64,000 nt of DNA from Candidatus Methylomirabilota bacterium (GTDB taxonomy: Bacteria > Methylomirabilota > Methylomirabilia > Rokubacteriales > CSP1-6). The notes under the pieces were generated by a model. The model made no database searches, was not told the DNA's origin, and was given only the letters and a program-made list of their open reading frames with translations. The stretch covers positions 1,500 to 65,499 of the forward strand of contig DASWJN010000069.1 of assembly GCA_036397135.1 (NCBI GenBank). The letters are read 5' to 3'. Shown here piece after piece: positions 61,935-64,000 of this stretch (the first letter of the stretch is position 1; each line of letters begins with the position of its first letter). The position numbers and the translations under genes were made by a program.

Positions 61935-62967
61935 CGAGACGCCGGCGCAGGTAGTCGGCAATCTCCAGCGTGCAGGCCATGCCCTGCGGGATGGCCCTGG
62001 TCAGCATCACGAATGCGTGGATCTGGCCCGGGTACTCGCGGGAGACCACGTCCACGCCGGCCTTGCGCAGGCGATCGCCGTAGGCGCGGCCCTCGTCGCG
62101 CAGCGGATCGAAGCCGGCGGTGACGATCAAGGTCGGCGGCTGGCCGGCGAGGCTCGGCGCGCGCAGGGGAGAGGCACGCAGGTCGGCCTTGTCCATCTCG
62201 CCCCTGAGATATTGCTCCGTGTACCAGACGATGCGGTCGCGCGGGATCACGTGACCGTCCGCCAGGTCCCGGTGCGAGTCCGTGTCGAGCGAGAAGTCGA
62301 CAGCGGGGTAGATGAGGGCCTGGCACGTGGGCACGGGCGTGCCGCCGGCGGCGGCGAGCTGCGAGACGACCGCCGCGAGGTTGCCCCCGGCCGAGTCGCC
62401 GGCCACGGCCACGCGGGCGGGGTCGGCGCCGAGCTCGCCTCCGCGGGCCCGGAGCCACCGATAGGCCGCCACGCAGTCCTCGACGGCGGCCGGGAACTTG
62501 TGCTCGGGCGCCAGCCGGTAGTCCACGGCGACGACGAGCGCGCCCGCGTGCCGGGCCAGCCGCGCACAGACCCCATGATGGGTCTCGAGGTCCCCCTGCA
62601 CCCAGCCACCGCCGTGGAAATACAGCACGGCGGGCGGCGGCGGCCCCGCGGCGCCCGGGCCGTAGACCCGCGCCGGGATCTCGCCGGCGGGCCCCGGGAT
62701 GCCGATGTCCTCGACGCGCGGCAATGGCGGCGCCGGCTCGTCCATCAGCGTCACCATGGTCCGGAGTTGCTGGCGCAGCTCCGGCAACGGCGGAAAGTAG
62801 CCCGGCACGCGGATCGACTTGACGAACTCACCGACGATCTGGGCCTTGGGGTCCATCGTGCGGCTGCCCAGGCGGATGCGGTGACCGTCGAGGAAGCGCA
62901 GCGCCTCCTCCTCGCTCATCGCCGTGTGCGACAGCTCCAGCGGCGGATGCGAGCGTGGCTGGCTCAT
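61930..62967 (-). CDS. alpha/beta hydrolase, HSL-family esterase/lipase
   Basis: LYFHGGGW (HGGG oxyanion motif), GDSAGG (nucleophile elbow), and HAF (catalytic His region). Confidence 0.85.
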   Translation of the reverse strand: MSQPRSHPPLELSHTAMSEEEALRFLDGHRIRLGSRTMDPKAQIVGEFVKSIRVPGYFPPLPELRQQLRTMVTLMDEPAPPLPRVEDIGIPGPAGEIPARVYGPGAAGPPPPAVLYFHGGGWVQGDLETHHGVCARLARHAGALVVAVDYRLAPEHKFPAAVEDCVAAYRWLRARGGELGADPARVAVAGDSAGGNLAAVVSQLAAAGGTPVPTCQALIYPAVDFSLDTDSHRDLADGHVIPRDRIVWYTEQYLRGEMDKADLRASPLRAPSLAGQPPTLIVTAGFDPLRDEGRAYGDRLRKAGVDVVSREYPGQIHAFVMLTRAIPQGMACTLEIADYLRRRLG

Positions 62968-62974
62968 GCCGACG

Positions 62975-63535
62975 TCAGCGCTTCCGCTCGAGCTGCATGT
63001 CGATCTGCTTGAGGCGCTCGATGTCGGCGCGCAGGCGCTCGGCCTCGGCCTGCCGCACGGCCAGCTCCTGACGCGTGCGCGCCAGGTCGCCCTCGCGGCG
63101 TGTCAGCTCCTCGCGCAGCCGCAGCCGCTCGTCGCGCAGCCGGATCAGCTCGTCGCGCAAGCGGATGACCTCGTCCCGCAGCACCGTCGCCTCGGCGCGC
63201 AGGCGGGTTCCGCTCCTGCGCAGCCACGTCCCCTCGTCGCCCAGGGTGGCCAGCTCGTCGCGCAGCCGGGACACCTCTTCGCGCCGTCGCGTCAGCTCGG
63301 TCCGGGCCGTCAGCATCGCCGCCAGCGTGTCGCGGCTCTCCAGCACGCGCGGCGCCGCGCTGTCGTCGGGATAGCGCGCCAGGTACTGGTCGTACGATGC
63401 CACCGCCTCCTGCCAGGCGCCCTCGCGGGCCTGGCGGTCGGCCCGGGCGAGCAGGAGGGCGGGGCCGAGGACGGGCAGCGACGCGCACCCGGCCGTGGCC
63501 GCGAGCAGCAGCAGGGCGGTGAGCCGACGCCTCAT
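62975..63535 (-). CDS. lipoprotein with coiled-coil LRDE-repeat region
   Basis: MRRRLTALLLLAATAGC (lipobox LAATAG-C), then repeated VLRDEVIRLRDELIRLRDERLRLREEL heptad-like repeats. The DNA shows corresponding short tandem repeats. Confidence 0.65.
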   Translation of the reverse strand: MRRRLTALLLLAATAGCASLPVLGPALLLARADRQAREGAWQEAVASYDQYLARYPDDSAAPRVLESRDTLAAMLTARTELTRRREEVSRLRDELATLGDEGTWLRRSGTRLRAEATVLRDEVIRLRDELIRLRDERLRLREELTRREGDLARTRQELAVRQAEAERLRADIERLKQIDMQLERKR

Positions 63536-63701
63536 CGCTTGCCACCATCCTGGCCGCTGCCTGCCCCCCGCCGCGCGCCGGCGACGTCCACGGGCACACC
63601 TGTATCGCCACGCCCGCCGGGCTGTCAAGGCCGAAACCACCGAAGGCGACGCGAGGCGGGCATTGAGCGGCGGCCGCGGCTGCCGTATCGTGGCGGCAGC
63701 C

Positions 63702-63869
63702 ATGACGGCGCCCCCGGATCCCCTGGCCGAGTTCCGCCTCGACGGCGACGTCGCGGTCGTCACCGGCGGCGCCAGCGGCATCGGCCGTGTCGCGGCCGCC
63801 GCGTTCGCGGCCGCCGGCGCCCGGGTCGCGATCTTCGACGTGGCCGCGGCCGGCGGGGATGCCCAGTAG
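63702..63869 (+). pseudogene. truncated SDR-family oxidoreductase N-terminus (55 aa stub ending at TAG)
   Basis: MTAPPDPLAEFRLDGDVAVVTGGASGIGRVAAAAFAAAGARVAIFDVAAAGGDAQ*. It carries the Rossmann TGxxxGIG motif only; the next gene's ATG is 2 nt after the stop. Confidence 0.5.
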
Positions 63870-63871
63870 TC

Positions 63872-64000
63872 ATGGACGCATCGTTCCCGATCGTCAGGCG
63901 CCCCGCGCCCGGAAGGCGCACGCCGGTCCTGGTGAGCGTGCCCCACTACGGCACCGAACCGCTGCCCCACATCACCCGCGACGACTATTGCGAGCCCCGG
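63872..64000 (+). CDS. 5' end of a gene, possibly N-formylglutamate amidohydrolase (HutG-like) family; continues beyond window
   Basis: MDASFPIVRRPAPGRRTPVLVSVPHYGTEPLPHITRDDYCEPR. The VLVSVPHYGTE resembles the FGase N-terminal v.l..pHgGt motif. Confidence 0.35.
   Translation, partial: MDASFPIVRRPAPGRRTPVLVSVPHYGTEPLPHITRDDYCEPR

Noticed and set aside
1-64000. tRNA, rRNA or CRISPR arrays
   Set aside because: No cloverleaf-like conserved tRNA boxes, rRNA-like conserved stretches, or regularly spaced direct repeats were found. The only repeats are the palindromic MITE-like elements.

Overview
This is a high-GC (~70%) bacterial chromosomal segment with densely packed genes, many of them coupled by ATGA/GTGA/TGATG stop-start overlaps. 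Most of it is housekeeping or catabolic. Two amidase-signature enzymes are present, one paired with an NTF2-like (AtzH-like) small protein and one carrying a GatC/AtzG-like tail that is ATGA-coupled to htpG. There is a cluster of hydrolases (NHL-repeat protein, phosphotriesterase-like lactonase, CocE/NonD, SMP-30 lactonase). A dimethylformamidase-large-subunit homologue sits beside an oligopeptide-type ABC importer that has no ATPase genes. The window also carries ATP-dependent hydantoinase hyuAB, a dihydropyrimidinase and other amidohydrolases, a LivJHMGF-type ABC importer followed by a third NBD that lacks the signature motif, leuCD, a xanthine-dehydrogenase-family large subunit, a proline-racemase-family gene and an enolase-superfamily gene. 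Accessory or unusual content is as follows. (i) A DsbA/FrnE-like gene has the first Cys of its CPWC motif encoded by an in-frame TGA, which makes it a selenoprotein candidate. (ii) A 1116-aa KAP-family P-loop NTPase has N-terminal Clp_N-like repeats and an EVE/PUA-like domain, which makes it a defence candidate. (iii) A cytoplasmic trypsin-like protease is fused to a DRGH (Serratia-type) non-specific nuclease. (iv) An operon sitting behind an extended -10 promoter encodes a 37-aa Lys-rich peptide, a FliB/YkgJ-family (putative lysine N-methylase) Cys-rich protein and a class-I SAM methyltransferase that lacks its own start codon. (v) There is a DUF2868 plus DUF3482-GTPase pair. (vi) A VapBC pair lies next to a low-GC scar holding DUF262 and HsdS-like remnants. 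(vii) Two copies of a ~280-bp MITE-like hairpin element, plus a third unrelated ~250-bp palindromic element, have termini that supply the stop codons (TAA/TAG) of the adjacent genes. Gene-decay signatures are frequent: a frameshifted dienelactone hydrolase, a nonsense codon at the conserved Tyr of the XDH large subunit, an internally deleted PaaK-like gene, an SDR stub, and alpha/beta-hydrolase and HpcH fragments. No rRNA, tRNA or CRISPR arrays were seen. All coordinates were derived by hand from the sequence and ORF track and may be off by a few nucleotides.
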